DNA of 33,556 nt from Macrostomum lignano (taxonomy: Eukaryota), in assembly GCA_002269645.1 (NCBI GenBank), contig NIVC01001305.1, positions 1 to 33,556 of the forward strand, given 5' to 3'. Below are positions 9,693 through 20,629 of the stretch, in pieces (positions within the stretch are counted from its first letter, which is position 1; every line of letters starts with the position of its first letter). A program made the position numbers and the translations under genes. The notes beneath the pieces were generated by a model. It was given only the letters and a program-made list of their open reading frames with translations, was not told where the DNA came from and ran no database searches.

Positions 9693-12292
9693 TCAGTCGA
9701 ACTCGGCCCCGATGGCGATGCTCATGTCGCCATCCAGAATCCTGGTGCCGTGGTACCACAGCGTGGTGTCCAGCGCGATGACCTGGCCGGGCTCCACAAC
9801 CACGCTGATTGGCTGGCACTGGTACGAGCACTCCAGCGGCGGCATCAGGTCCCAGCGCTTGCGGCCGCGCACCTGCGCCTGCCAGGACACGTGGCCGACA
9901 TCGTCCACGTGCATGTGGGCGCCGTAGTTCGGCGAGCCCATGAACACCCAGTCGGTGCCGAGGGTCTCAGACTCGCGGGGCAGGAAGTACGGCCGGGAAT
10001 AGTAGGAGCGGAGGATGGCGGCCACCCTTGGCGAGCAGTTGGACCAGCCGACGTACCTGCAGTGCGGCAGACAGTTGATTAAGAACAGATCAGTTTCAAT
10101 TAGAATCAACTCCATCAATACTCCGTTTCCTGTCTGAAGTCTCCTCCGCATTGAAGAAAATCGTTTCCGGGGGAAGGAGAACTGATGGCAGAAAACTTAA
10201 CTGATATTGACTTGCAGATTCGCATTGACTAAGCGAGGGTACCAGGGACCATTCCGCCCCTGACCAGTCCAGGAGACTGTGAGGCGGCCAATGACCATTT
10301 CATCCCTGACCAGTCCAGGAGACTGTGAGGCGGCCAAGGACCATTCTGTCTCAAGCAGTCCAGGAGACTGTAGGGGACGGAGCGGAGGACCATTCTCCAA
10401 GAATGGCCAAGGACTCATGAATTTAAATGGCCAAGGACCATTCTCTCTCAAGCAGTCCAGGAGACTGTAGGGGCCTGCCAAGGACCATTCCGCCCCCAAG
10501 CAGTCCAGGAGACTGTAGGAGGCGGCCAAGGACGATTCCGCCCCCGAGCAGTCCAGGTGACTCTAGGGGCGGCCAAGGACCACTCCGCCCCAAGCAGTCC
10601 AGGAGATTCTGAGGCGGGGGGGGGGGCAAGGACCGTTCCTTCCCTACCCCGCCCATCAGATAAGCTAGCTAGCCCGCAGTTCATATGCCGCATAAACCCA
10701 GACCAAAGCCCCTCACCAAGGCTTGAACCCGGGCTCCATGCGGGCCTGCGCCTCTGGCATAGCGAACACCTGGCCCAAATTGGCGAACTCGGATTTGTAT
10801 GGGAAGAACTGGCAGTGCTCCTCCTCGGCCGAGGCAGGGCTGTACAGACTGCGGAAGAAGTCGAAGTTCATGTGGTTCAGCTGCCAGCCGCGGGAACCAT
10901 CGGTAACAACGACGGGCACGCGAGCGTCGACGAATTCGCGCTGGAATTCGGCGGGGTCCAGGTTGGACCTGCGCGGCACCGCAGTGAGGTTGCGGCAGAA
11001 ATTGCAGTCGGGCACAACCGGCCTCAGCAACTGCATAGTAATCGCCTCAGGCAGCAGCGTGGTGGGGCTCACCTATGTTGTATTTTACAACATTGGGGTG
11101 TTGTATTTTATACTGCTCAGCTTGCTTCAATTAAATGCCTCCGCCATCCTTGACCCCTGTGTCCTCCCTTCTCCGCCCATTCATGTCCTCCCTTCTCCGC
11201 CCCTCCGTGTCCTCCCTTCTCCGCCCATTCATGTCCTCCATTCTCCGCCCATTCATGTCCTCCCTTTTCCGCCCATTCATGTCCTCCCTTCTCTGCCCCT
11301 CCGTGTCCTCCCTTCTCCGCCCATTCATGTCCTTCCCTCTCCGCCCCTCCGTGTACTCCCTTCTCTGCTCCTCCGTGTCCTCCCTTCTCCGCCCATTCAT
11401 GTCCTTCCTTCTCTGCCCCTTCGTGTCCTCCCTTCTCCGCCCATTCATGTCCTTCCCTCTCCGCCCATTCATGTCCTTCCCTCTCCGCCCCTCCGTGTCC
11501 TCCCTTCTCCGCCCATTCATGTCCTCCCTTCTCCGCCCATTCATGTCCTCCCTTTTCCGCCCATTCATGTCCTTCCCTCTCCGCCCATTCATGTCCTTCC
11601 CTCTCCGCCCCTCCGTGTCCTCCCTTCTCCGCCCATTCATGTCCTCCCTTTTCCGCCCATTCATGTCCTCCCTTCTCCGCCCATTCATGTCCTTCCTTCT
11701 CCGCCCCTCCGTGTCCTCCCTTCTCCGCCCATTCATGTCCTTCCTTCTCCGCCCATTCATGTCCTCCCTTCTCCGCCCATTCATGTCCTCCCTTCTCCGC
11801 CCATTCATGTCCTCCCTTCTCCACCCCGTGTCCTCTCTTCTCCGCCCCTCCGTCTCCTCCCTTCTCTGCCCCTCCGTATCCTCACTTCTCCGCTCCTCCT
11901 GTCCTCCCTTCTCCGCCCCTTTTCAAATATCAGCCCCACAATCTGCATCCCAGACTTCTCACCAGACACGCCTGGTCCATCGGCAGGCGCAGCAGCTGGC
12001 TGCCGATGAAGCCGATAACGGGCTCCAGCTGGCTGGCCAGCTCCGGCCGCAGCATCGGCACCAGCAGCAGCACCAGGAAGGCCAGCGCCACCATAGAGGC
12101 AACCAGTATGACAAACAGGAAGCCAATAAAACAGTAGCAGCCAGCGGTTCGAACCCGAGATCTCCAGTTGTGCAGGCGGGCAAGCGCGGGGTCCAGCTCG
12201 GCCAGCAGCTGCCACTGGTCGTCATTCAACGGTCGGGCCAGCAGCGCCTCCAGCAGGCGGGCGGATTCGGTGGGCGCCTCTTTGCCATCCAT
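9693..12292 (-). CDS. Membrane-anchored JmjC/cupin-like (putative Fe(II)/2-oxoglutarate oxygenase) protein; exons 12292-11963, 11072-10717, 10056-9693; ~349 aa
   Basis: GT-AG junctions with matching phases (0, 2). Hydrophobic segment CFIGFLFVILVASMVALAFLVLLLV. Cupin_8-like N-terminal part (RRSNLDPAEFQREFVDARVPVVVTD...W). C-terminal DWVFMG...GAHMHVD...WQAQVRGRKRW...VEPGQVI...WYHGT with HxD...H metal ligands. AATAAA at 9588-9583. Confidence 0.88.
10245..10635. repeat. Degenerate ~46-48 bp minisatellite (CAGTCCAGGAGACTGT...CCAAGGACCATTC) in JmjC intron 2
   Basis: CAGTCCAGG recurs near 10265, 10311, 10356, 10453, 10501, 10549 and 10595. Confidence 0.85.
11150..11930. repeat. 24-bp purine/pyrimidine-skewed minisatellite (CCGCCCATTCATGTCCTCCCTTCT, ~32 copies) in JmjC intron 1
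   Basis: Period 24; gives the in-frame PPIHVLPS and EKGGHEWA repeat ORFs. Confidence 0.95.
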
Positions 12293-13003
12293 AACAGAGG
12301 AACAAGGGATGGGGGAAGGCTGGGGAGCTGCGGAGACGTTCGGAAACTCTTGGAGCTGCTTTCGCTGAAAGCAAGAGCGGAGGGAAACTGGACGAGCACC
12401 AATTTAAATGGAAAGCAAAAGGCGAGACGAGGTTGGCTGCAGATGCCGCATTGCCCAACCCCAGGCCAAGCGAGCGGCCACTCTCAGCCAAGCCAACCGG
12501 CTTATCAGTAAAAATGGGATGCCAGCAGGCGGCTCTGGCGTTGGCGTGACGAATGAGCTTTCACCCACTCGTGCTCGAAGGCCTATCGTTCAGAGAACAA
12601 CTCGAATCGGGATAGCAGGGCGGCTGGGGCTCAAATCTCAGTGGCAAATATTCATCTGCAAACTCCTAATTAAAAACTAGGACTGTCCTGCCTGATGAAA
12701 ACGGTACCCAGGACAAGAAGCCCCCAGAGTCACTTGCGTCGCCCAGTCATCGTAGGTAACACAGGTAAAATAGGAAAGATGACTCTAGACGACTCTAAAA
12801 CGACAAGATGTCACGGTTACACAATAGAAGTCGTCAAAAGTTGTTAAAGAGTCGCCCAAGAGTAAATTTGAGGCATTTGATTGTCTGCGACTCTGAAACG
12901 ACTCTGGATTGACACAAGTGATTTTGACTCTGGGACCATCGAGTTTTACCTGAGGCATGCTGGAGTCGCTGTTGAGTCACTGAGTTGCGTCTAAAGCGCA
13001 TCT

Positions 13004-13788
13004 GGCTCATTCCATATAAGATGGACATATTTGGAAAATAGAAAAAAGTCAATATTTTTGCTTGCCATTGCCTAATTAGCCTATTTTTTTTACCAAATGT
13101 TTATATTGTGCAATATATACAATCTAAGAATAAAGGAATGGTAAAATGTTGGATTAGTATGTTATCAATTGGCAAAGTCATTTTTGTAAAAATTTGGACA
13201 TTTTTCGAAGCAAAAGACATCATTAAGATTTTGTACCTTTTAAAAACAAATAGAAAGCTTTTGAAGGTTGAAACAAACTATAGATAAAAGTATAGTACTT
13301 GCATCATCAGATAAAAGCATTGGTGACCAAATAATCTATTATATTTTTAATGTATTAGTACCTCAAAGTTACTGAATTGACAGAAAAAAATATGTTACGA
13401 CCATAATGTTACGACCATAAGGCTGCCTTTTCTTTTGTATCTTTGTTGCCTTTTGAGTTTATATATTCTAATAAAAGAGTATGATTTCTAAAGATGTTCT
13501 TAGTCAAATTTTAAAAATGTATTGCAAAATATCAAAAATGAAAAATGTTATAAGACTTTTACCTTTTAGTTTCTATATGTCAAAAATCCTGTTGTTACAA
13601 CCATAAGTGTCATTTAAGGTTTAATAGCATCTATACTAATGATGATATCTATATGAAACTCTATAAATATATTCTAGACAAAATAATCTTTCATTTAAAA
13701 TATTGGTTTAGTATATTCTATTATTAGATTTCATTTTATAAGTAAAAATAACCTGTCATGTTACGACCATGCTTATATGGAATGAGCC
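13004..13788. mobile_element. Non-autonomous DNA transposon (MITE-like), 785 bp, 17-bp TIR GGCTCATTCCATATAAG, 4-bp TSD ATCT
   Basis: Left TIR 13004-13020 and its exact reverse complement at 13772-13788. ATCT lies at 13000-13003 and 13789-13792. Internal TGTTACRACCAT repeats near 13393, 13407, 13593 and 13759. Confidence 0.88.
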
Positions 13789-13810
13789 ATCTGCATCACT
13801 TTATCAGTAA

Positions 13811-15610
13811 CACGACGGATGGCCTGCATAGCAGGCCATAGAGCCTTTCCACTCAAAACTGTTCTTTATGCCGTGCAGTCTGTGGGTAAATTGATGTCAA
13901 CTCAAGCTCGCTATTCCAGACTGCTAATTCTGCTGAGCCGAACGATTGACCATAGATATCTGTGTGGCACTGCAGTTAAGGACTGATGACCTGCATGGCA
14001 GGCCATCCGCTAATTCAGCAGAAGCAAAGACACGGTATTACGGTGTAGTTCAGATAATTTTATTTATGGAAGAGAACAAACCGTTATTAAAGTGAATATT
14101 TTTTACTTCTTACTCAGTCTGACAAATAGCAAAAAGAACCCGCGGTTTCAACAAGAAGAACTTTACAAATTTGTTAAAATACGAGTACGCCGAGGCTTCA
14201 ACAGAAATGAGTAGAAACGAGTATAAACTTTCAGGAATTTACCACGTCAATTACTGAGAAGAAAACTGTTGATTAATAAGTTCAATGGGCCTAAGTACAG
14301 GGATATAATTTATCATACCATCAAAATATAAAAGAGATTTATACACGAAAGCAATTGAATCCACATATAGAGTTAATTCAATTGTGCTATTTTCAATTTA
14401 TTTATTATTTGCCAATGCATTTGTTCCACAATGGACATCTCCAGGTCTTCATTAATACTCGTAATTTAATAGTCAGAAAACGATTCAGCACAATTGAATT
14501 TATTTTATATGTTGATTCTCGCTTTCGTTTATCTACAGCACTAGCGATTCGTCAATGCAGATGTTTTGCTCTGGCAAATAAGTATTCTGCATTCCCAGCT
14601 GCACAATTCTAAGAAACGGTCGAATCTTTCTTAGAGGGTCGTTCAAGTCTGCAATTGCGGTGCAGTCGTAGAAGCGCAGGAAGTGCATGATCTGTTTATA
14701 TCGATCTCTTGACAGGCTTGAAGGCTGCTGCATGAAAGGGCACTGGTCGAATGGGTCCGTAGACCAGTAAAGGTGCAATTCCAGCTTCTTGCTCAGCCCC
14801 ATGAAAAAGTTGGTCGCTATCACCTTCCTGATCTCGTTCAATGTGCAATTCTTCCAAGTCTTCAAGATTGGTGGCAACTCAGCTGGCTCACCTTCAGCTT
14901 GAAACCTTTCTAATTCAAACCAAGCTTTCTTGTTGGTCCACTCGCACAGCTTGTTCATCAGCGCATCAGTTAAAAATAGGTCGAAAAACCATTGAATATT
15001 GTTGTCTGGATCAGCTGGCGCCACCAAATCCGGGTGCAGGCCAGAGGTCGCCATGAATTCCGAATCTGGCTCCTGCAAACCATTCTCTCCTGGTACGACG
15101 CGTTGCCAGCCACCTATTTCTTCATCCATGGATGCACTGTCTAGATCGGAGGCCTCATCGGACGAGTCAGTAGTGGAATCGCTGCTATCTTGATCCTCGT
15201 CATCAGACATCAGCTGCTCAAAATCTGGCTCTTCGTTGAGTGATGCCATGAAAACTGCTCGTATTCTGTATGCCAACTCTTACAAAATCCAAACTCTTAT
15301 GCTAGGTTTTTTACAGTGACTTTCCTAACCACATTCATAAGATGTCATAAGACTCCAGGTCTTTAGCGGACAGTCAAACCAACTGTCTATGACATAACTT
15401 TAAAGTTATTCAACCTGTCAACGCAGTGACAACTTCCAGTACAATTTTTCAGTCAGGAGCTGTGACACTGAGTACAAACACGCCCATAGACAATATCGTA
15501 GTTGCCTGCAGCCATGGCCTGCATAGCAGGCCATCCGTCTTTAAGTGAGGAGATCAGAAGGTTTACAAAACTTAGAAAATTTTCTATGGCCTGCTATGCA
15601 GGCCACCCGT
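13811..15610 (-). mobile_element. piggyBac-like element, internally deleted; ends approximate (13811 to 15540 or 15610)
   Basis: Carries the transposase fragment. Four copies of a 21-bp palindrome lie near the ends. GTAA precedes 13811 and TTAA follows 15540 (imperfect TSD). Confidence 0.6.
14533..15276 (-). pseudogene. piggyBac/PGBD4-like transposase, N-terminal 247 aa, truncated just after the first catalytic Asp
   Basis: Acidic N-terminus, then FFDLFLTDALMNKLCEWTN, W...TLNEIRKVIA..FFMGL, YWSTD, SRDRYKQIMHFLRF, DPLRKIRPF, Y.PEQNICIDESLVL then stop. No downstream transposase sequence was recognised. Confidence 0.9.
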
Positions 15611-15751
15611 TCGCAATTGAGATGATATGTTTTCAATTCGTCAGGAAGAGGTTATGAATTAGACTAAGTAGAAATCAGTCTTCTTGAGTTAGTAGAAAAT
15701 AACATGGCTGTTAGACAACTCTTATAATTCTACAACTCAGGTGATGTTCTC

Positions 15752-16393
15752 TAGTGTTCCGCCATAGCCGTAGCTACAGCTACGGGATCCTACAGCAAAT
15801 ACAGTAAAATAGGTGCCTATGGCAGCTACGGATATGCCTATGGTAGGTAGCTGCTCTTACAGCTACAACTACAGAAATATGGTACTTGTTGTCACATTCT
15901 GTAGATTCCTGTAGCCATAGTTATTCATGTTAAAACATTGAAAAAATATTAGAAACAGGTAGAGTAAAACAAAGATACTTTTAGTAAACTGTATTATCAA
16001 CTTAGAAACTTTTAAAATATACCTTAAAAAGTACAATAAAGCACTAGCAAACTCTAATTTTTTTATGTGAAAAAGTTTAGCATTAGTACTTTCAGTAACA
16101 ATTAAGTATTGTTGCTTTAAAAAAAGACAAAATATAATCTTACAAAGGCAATTGAGTGTTTCTTTTATTTTCTAACTTAATTTGCAGTTGTTTAAGCACC
16201 AGGTTATCTTCTTGATTAAAAATATTTTGTTTTCTAGACTTTTTGTTAAAACTACGGCAATGGCTATGGGAACTACGGGAATATGGTAATATTAGGGTCC
16301 CTACAGCTACAGAATACGGAGAATTGGAATAAGCCGTAGTTTTGCTTACAGCTACGGCTACGGTACATAGACCCTCCTTATGGTGGAACACTA
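15752..16393. mobile_element. hAT-type non-autonomous element, 642 bp, TIR TAGTGTTCCRCCATA, 8-bp TSD ATGTTCTC
   Basis: TSD at 15744-15751 and 16394-16401 is identical. Subterminal GTAGCTACAGCTACGG-type repeats occur at both ends. Confidence 0.9.
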
Positions 16394-16574
16394 ATGTTCT
16401 CATGACTCAAAAGTTGCCTTTCAATCATATTATAGTTGTTTAAGTCATTAAAAAGCTACAAGTCACCCTAGCATTGCTAGAGCCATTAGTGAGTTGTTTG
16501 CAATGACTATTGATTCTTGTCATGGTAATGTTTTCAATGGTCTTGAAGCCTATCTGAGACTTTTTAAATAACTG

Positions 16575-16862
16575 TCGACTTATAACTTAAAGGTTAGGGG
16601 TTCAATTCATGCCCCAATTGGAACAATTTGTGTCCTTAAGCAAGAAACTTGACTCTGAATTGTTTTAGCTCACCTAGCTATAAAATGGATGCCAGCATTA
16701 GCTGGGTAATTGAGGGTATATGTGGTGACCCCCTAGTCCTTAGACTAAATAGCCAAAGGTAGCCTTTAGATACATTGCGCAATAGCTGCTGCTAAGCTTT
16801 TGGTTGAACATCTGCCTAATTAGGGCCTAGGGCAAGTGTATTAAATGATTATTAATATTATT
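16575..16862 (+). mobile_element. tRNA-derived SINE, heavily mutated copy (copy 3)
   Basis: Aligns along its length with the reverse complement of 24505-24816 and 26781-27088, including the AACAATTTGTGTCCTT core and an ATT-rich tail. B box degraded to GGTTCAATTC. Confidence 0.88.
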
Positions 16863-17154
16863 GACTACAATAGCAAAAAATAAAAGCTATAAAGGAATTT
16901 ATATTAGTCTGGAGCCATCAAAGAGTGAATAGGCAAATGAGTGTTTAGAGATACCAAAATGAAAGATGCCATTATAAATAGATAAATCTAGGATAAGTAG
17001 ACCTTGAACTAAAAGATTACCAAGTAAGACAAAAAATAAAGAAAATTTAATCATAGTAGCTAAAATAATTTAGGAAAGAGAAGCCAATATTGGGCAATGA
17101 AGGACAATCACTATTATATGAGACTTGGATAGATTATAAATACTTGTATATGGC

Positions 17155-18794
17155 CAGTGCTGGGCGTTAACTAGTTAATTGTTTAACTAGTTAATTAACT
17201 AGTTAAATTTTTAAAAAAATCGTTAAATTTTCGTTAAATTTTTTATGTATTAACTAGTTAACAAAAATCGTTAATTTTTTTCTGAAGTTAAAGTTAAATG
17301 ACAAAAGTTAATAATTCCGGGAAATGGAGTTCCCCGGGTTCAAAATCCGCGGGTTTCAATAGCTTGTATGCCATTAAAAAGTAAAATTAATACATACATA
17401 AAATAACTTCGCCTTTCTAAGCATTATTTAACGCGTCACAAACTACTATTACATGTATATATTTCAGTTACAAGTTATAATGTATAGAATATTCGGAAGA
17501 TTCTGGAATCTTCAACTATTATCTATTGATATTCTACCCAAGCACTACTATAAGTTATCGTTGTACATAGGGATGTCGATTCCCCGGGGAATTTTCTTAT
17601 CGGGGACCTGGGGAATTTACTGTCATTCCCCGGGGACCCCGGGGAAAAAAATAAGTAAAAAACGGCGGATAACTTAGATCTTTATAAGTCACTAAGTGGC
17701 ATTTTTTAAACTTTGATTAAAGCTTTGGATGGACTACATGTTCAAGGCGCAAGGGTAAAAACTTTAAGCAATGTTTGTTTAAAACTGTATTTGACAACGT
17801 GGCATCACCAAATCGTGCGCGCACCTTTATCAGAAAGGGTCCAGACTCCGGAGGCGGAAAATGCATACTCAGCAGCTGCACTCGTGGGAGGATAATTAAT
17901 GAATGAAACTGTTTTTATAATCGAAATTTTAATTTCTTGCAGATACAAATAAATCACCATTTTGTCCTGTCTAATACGGAGTATTTTGTTATTGTATGAT
18001 ATACCCCCCTATGCGTCAGTGACTGACGCAGGATATGGCGCTGTGCCTGCGTCAAATGTGTCAAGCCGTCAACGCAGACCAACACAATAGTCAGTAAGGC
18101 TTCTTTTTCCTGATGGGTTTCTACGCTCGTACGTTCAATTTGCTTGATTGAAAGACTCATAGTGAAAAAAACATTCAAACGGGTCGCTAATTTCATAAGA
18201 CCGAAATTTCACAACGCCAAAAATTCTGCATGCAATACAATCCTTATTGTAAAGTTTTCTACGATGTGAAATTTCGGTCTTATGAAGTTTCGGTCTTGTG
18301 AAGTATGGTGTTTCGGCGTTGTGAATTTCGGTCTTATGAACCCCCCCCATTCAAACGTGTGTTGTGTTTGAAATAATACATTGAAATAAGCAGTTTTGCG
18401 GTAAAAAAGCATAGACAGAGTTTCAATCAGCTTTCTGTGAATAATTTTCTTATTTAAATGGCAAAAATTTAGTTAAAAATGCTTTTTTTCTCCCCGGGGT
18501 CCCCGGTCTAATTCCCAGGGGAGTATTCCCCGACAAGCTCCCCAGGGCGCCGCGACCTGGCCACAGCCGCGCCGCGCCGACCTGAAATTTAAAAAAACAC
18601 GCCGAACACATGTCCGGGAAAATGTCACTTTTTCCGTTAGGGGAATTATTAACTTTAACTTTTAACTTTTCAGAAGTTAAATTTTGGGCAAAATTAAATA
18701 ATTAACTAGTTACAGTTAATTTTTTTTTGGAGCAATTAAATTAACTTTTTAACTTTTAACGAGTTAAAAAAATTGATTAACTTGCCCAGCACTG
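17155..18794. mobile_element. hAT-type non-autonomous element, 1640 bp, TIR CAGTGCTGGGC, 8-bp TSD TATATGGC
   Basis: TIRs at 17155-17165 and 18784-18794. TSD at 17147-17154 and 18795-18802 is identical. TTAACTAGTTAA subterminal palindromes. Confidence 0.92.
18181..18347. mobile_element. Mutator-like MITE (167 bp) nested in the hAT element, 9-bp TSD CATTCAAAC
   Basis: GGG...CCC termini. Inverted repeat TTCATAAGACCGAAATT(T)CACAACGCC at ~18192-18218 and ~18315-18340. TSD at 18172-18180 and 18348-18356. Confidence 0.85.
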
Positions 18795-19914
18795 TATATG
18801 GCAATATCAAAAAATTTAAGTCTAAGAGTATGCTTCAATAACTAAATTGTTACCAAACTAATAATTGACACAAAATATGCCAAAAAGCCCTAGTAGCCTA
18901 GCTTTGCTGCTTAGGTTTAGAGAGTAGAAAGTTATGGCTAGAGTTGGATTAGAGCTACCACTTGTTTATGACTAGTTTTGGATTAAAAGCTTTAATATAA
19001 TTGCTTAAGTATACTTATTGCCAATATATAGGGTATAGATAATTATATATCATTTTAAATTATATTTTAAAATAATGAATAAGACAATGTTTGATAATTA
19101 ATATAATAGATACTATGCATATACATAAGCTTTTTATCATTTTTATGAGGTAATAATGAGGCCATATTAATGTAAGACAATCTTATAAATTATATTTAGT
19201 TTTAGGCTTATATCTAAAAATCTATTTTTTTTCAATGAAATATTTTAAAGTAAGGATTATTTTATTAAATATTTTTAACATTTATAAGAGCTTCATAGGC
19301 CTAAGTGCCTTTTTAATTTTGATTATAACCATCTAATATAGAGCCCTGTCTGATAAAGCCTATGAAAATAATATATTTATTAATATTGATTATTTCCGAT
19401 TTTAAAAATAACAACAGGCCTACAAAAGTACTATAGTCTAGAGATAGGCCTATAAAGAAAAAAAACTAAAAAATTATATCAATGCATACATTAAAAAGGC
19501 ATAAAAATTGGTTAGAGTTAGAGAGACCTATAAGCATTATATTGAAAATATTTGTATACAGGTACAAAACTAACTTTTTGGTTTAAAATGATCAATAGTG
19601 CCCTAAGCCATAAGTCTTTAACTTATGCCTACAAAGGCTAAATGGACAAAAATGTACTACAAAAGTCTTACAATTTTAGAATACAAAAAGTTTTATAACA
19701 TTTCATTACATGACAAATTGTCAAAAGTAAGGCATCCTCTTTTTTTAAATACCTGCACCCGGGCCTGCAGCAATGACCACGCGACTGGGCGGGCCGAGGT
19801 TGTGACGCCCGCAGACGGGAAACTTTACAAGAAGCCAGCAGTAAAACAAAAAATTGACTCAGAATTTGAAATATTGAAAATTACTAACTACAAAGAATAA
19901 TTTAAGTGGCGCAC

Positions 19915-20262
19915 CCACAAAGGGCCTGTCAACTTAAGCTCATAAAGTGGAGCCCGAGTAACCTATATACACAAATGATACGTCATTCTGCTCACCGTGA
20001 CACCAAGAAGCAGGGTTTGGCAAAAAAGCGACGAATATTGGACTTGTAAATAATTAAGGGACTATTATACGTCAACTTAAGCTCATAAATCAGAGTCCCT
20101 GTAATTATCCCCTTGCTTGTTCTCCCCTATCCCAAGTCCAATTTTAGTCACTGCCAAACCCTGCTTCCTGGTGTTCACTGTACGTGAGCAGAATGACGGA
20201 TCATTTGTGTACATGGGTTACTCGGGCTCCATGAGCTTAAGTTGACATGCAGGCCTTTTGTT
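19915..20262. mobile_element. Fold-back element / MITE with ~110-bp imperfect inverted arms
   Basis: 19915-20022 matches the reverse complement of 20152-20262 (GTCAACTTAAGCTCAT, GGAGCCCGAGTAACC, CACAAATGAT, GTCATTCTGCTCAC, AGCAGGGTTTGGCA). No TSD was identified. Confidence 0.75.
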
Positions 20263-20629
20263 GAAGGGGGCGGATTCTGGAGGGTAAAGCTTTAATTTTT
20301 TTGCCTTTGACTTTTTTTCAGGTCCCGCCTGATAATTTCAATAATTCAAGTCTTCAACACCAGAAAATTTTTTTAAGAATTTTTTTAAAAACTGCATTTA
20401 GATTAGTTTTTACCTTAAGTTAGTTTCTTACGGAAATGATGTTTAAAAAGCAAAAAATCAGCAGCCCTGAAAGTAAGCTCTAGTCTAAAATATCAGCATC
20501 CCCTGTGTTTGGCATCGAATTCCTCTACTTACAGTGAGCCATGGCTTAACTCTAACTCTTCCTTTAGCTTGGCCTATCAACAAAAACTTCTAACAGACCC
20601 TTGGTTGCATCTCAGCAGCATTGAATCCT

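Noticed and set aside
17568-18545. Separate hAT-like element starting TAGGGATG inside the 17155-18794 element
   Set aside because: Inverted C/G-rich blocks exist, but no matching right TIR or TSD (GTTGTACA) was found; mentioned only as a possibility.
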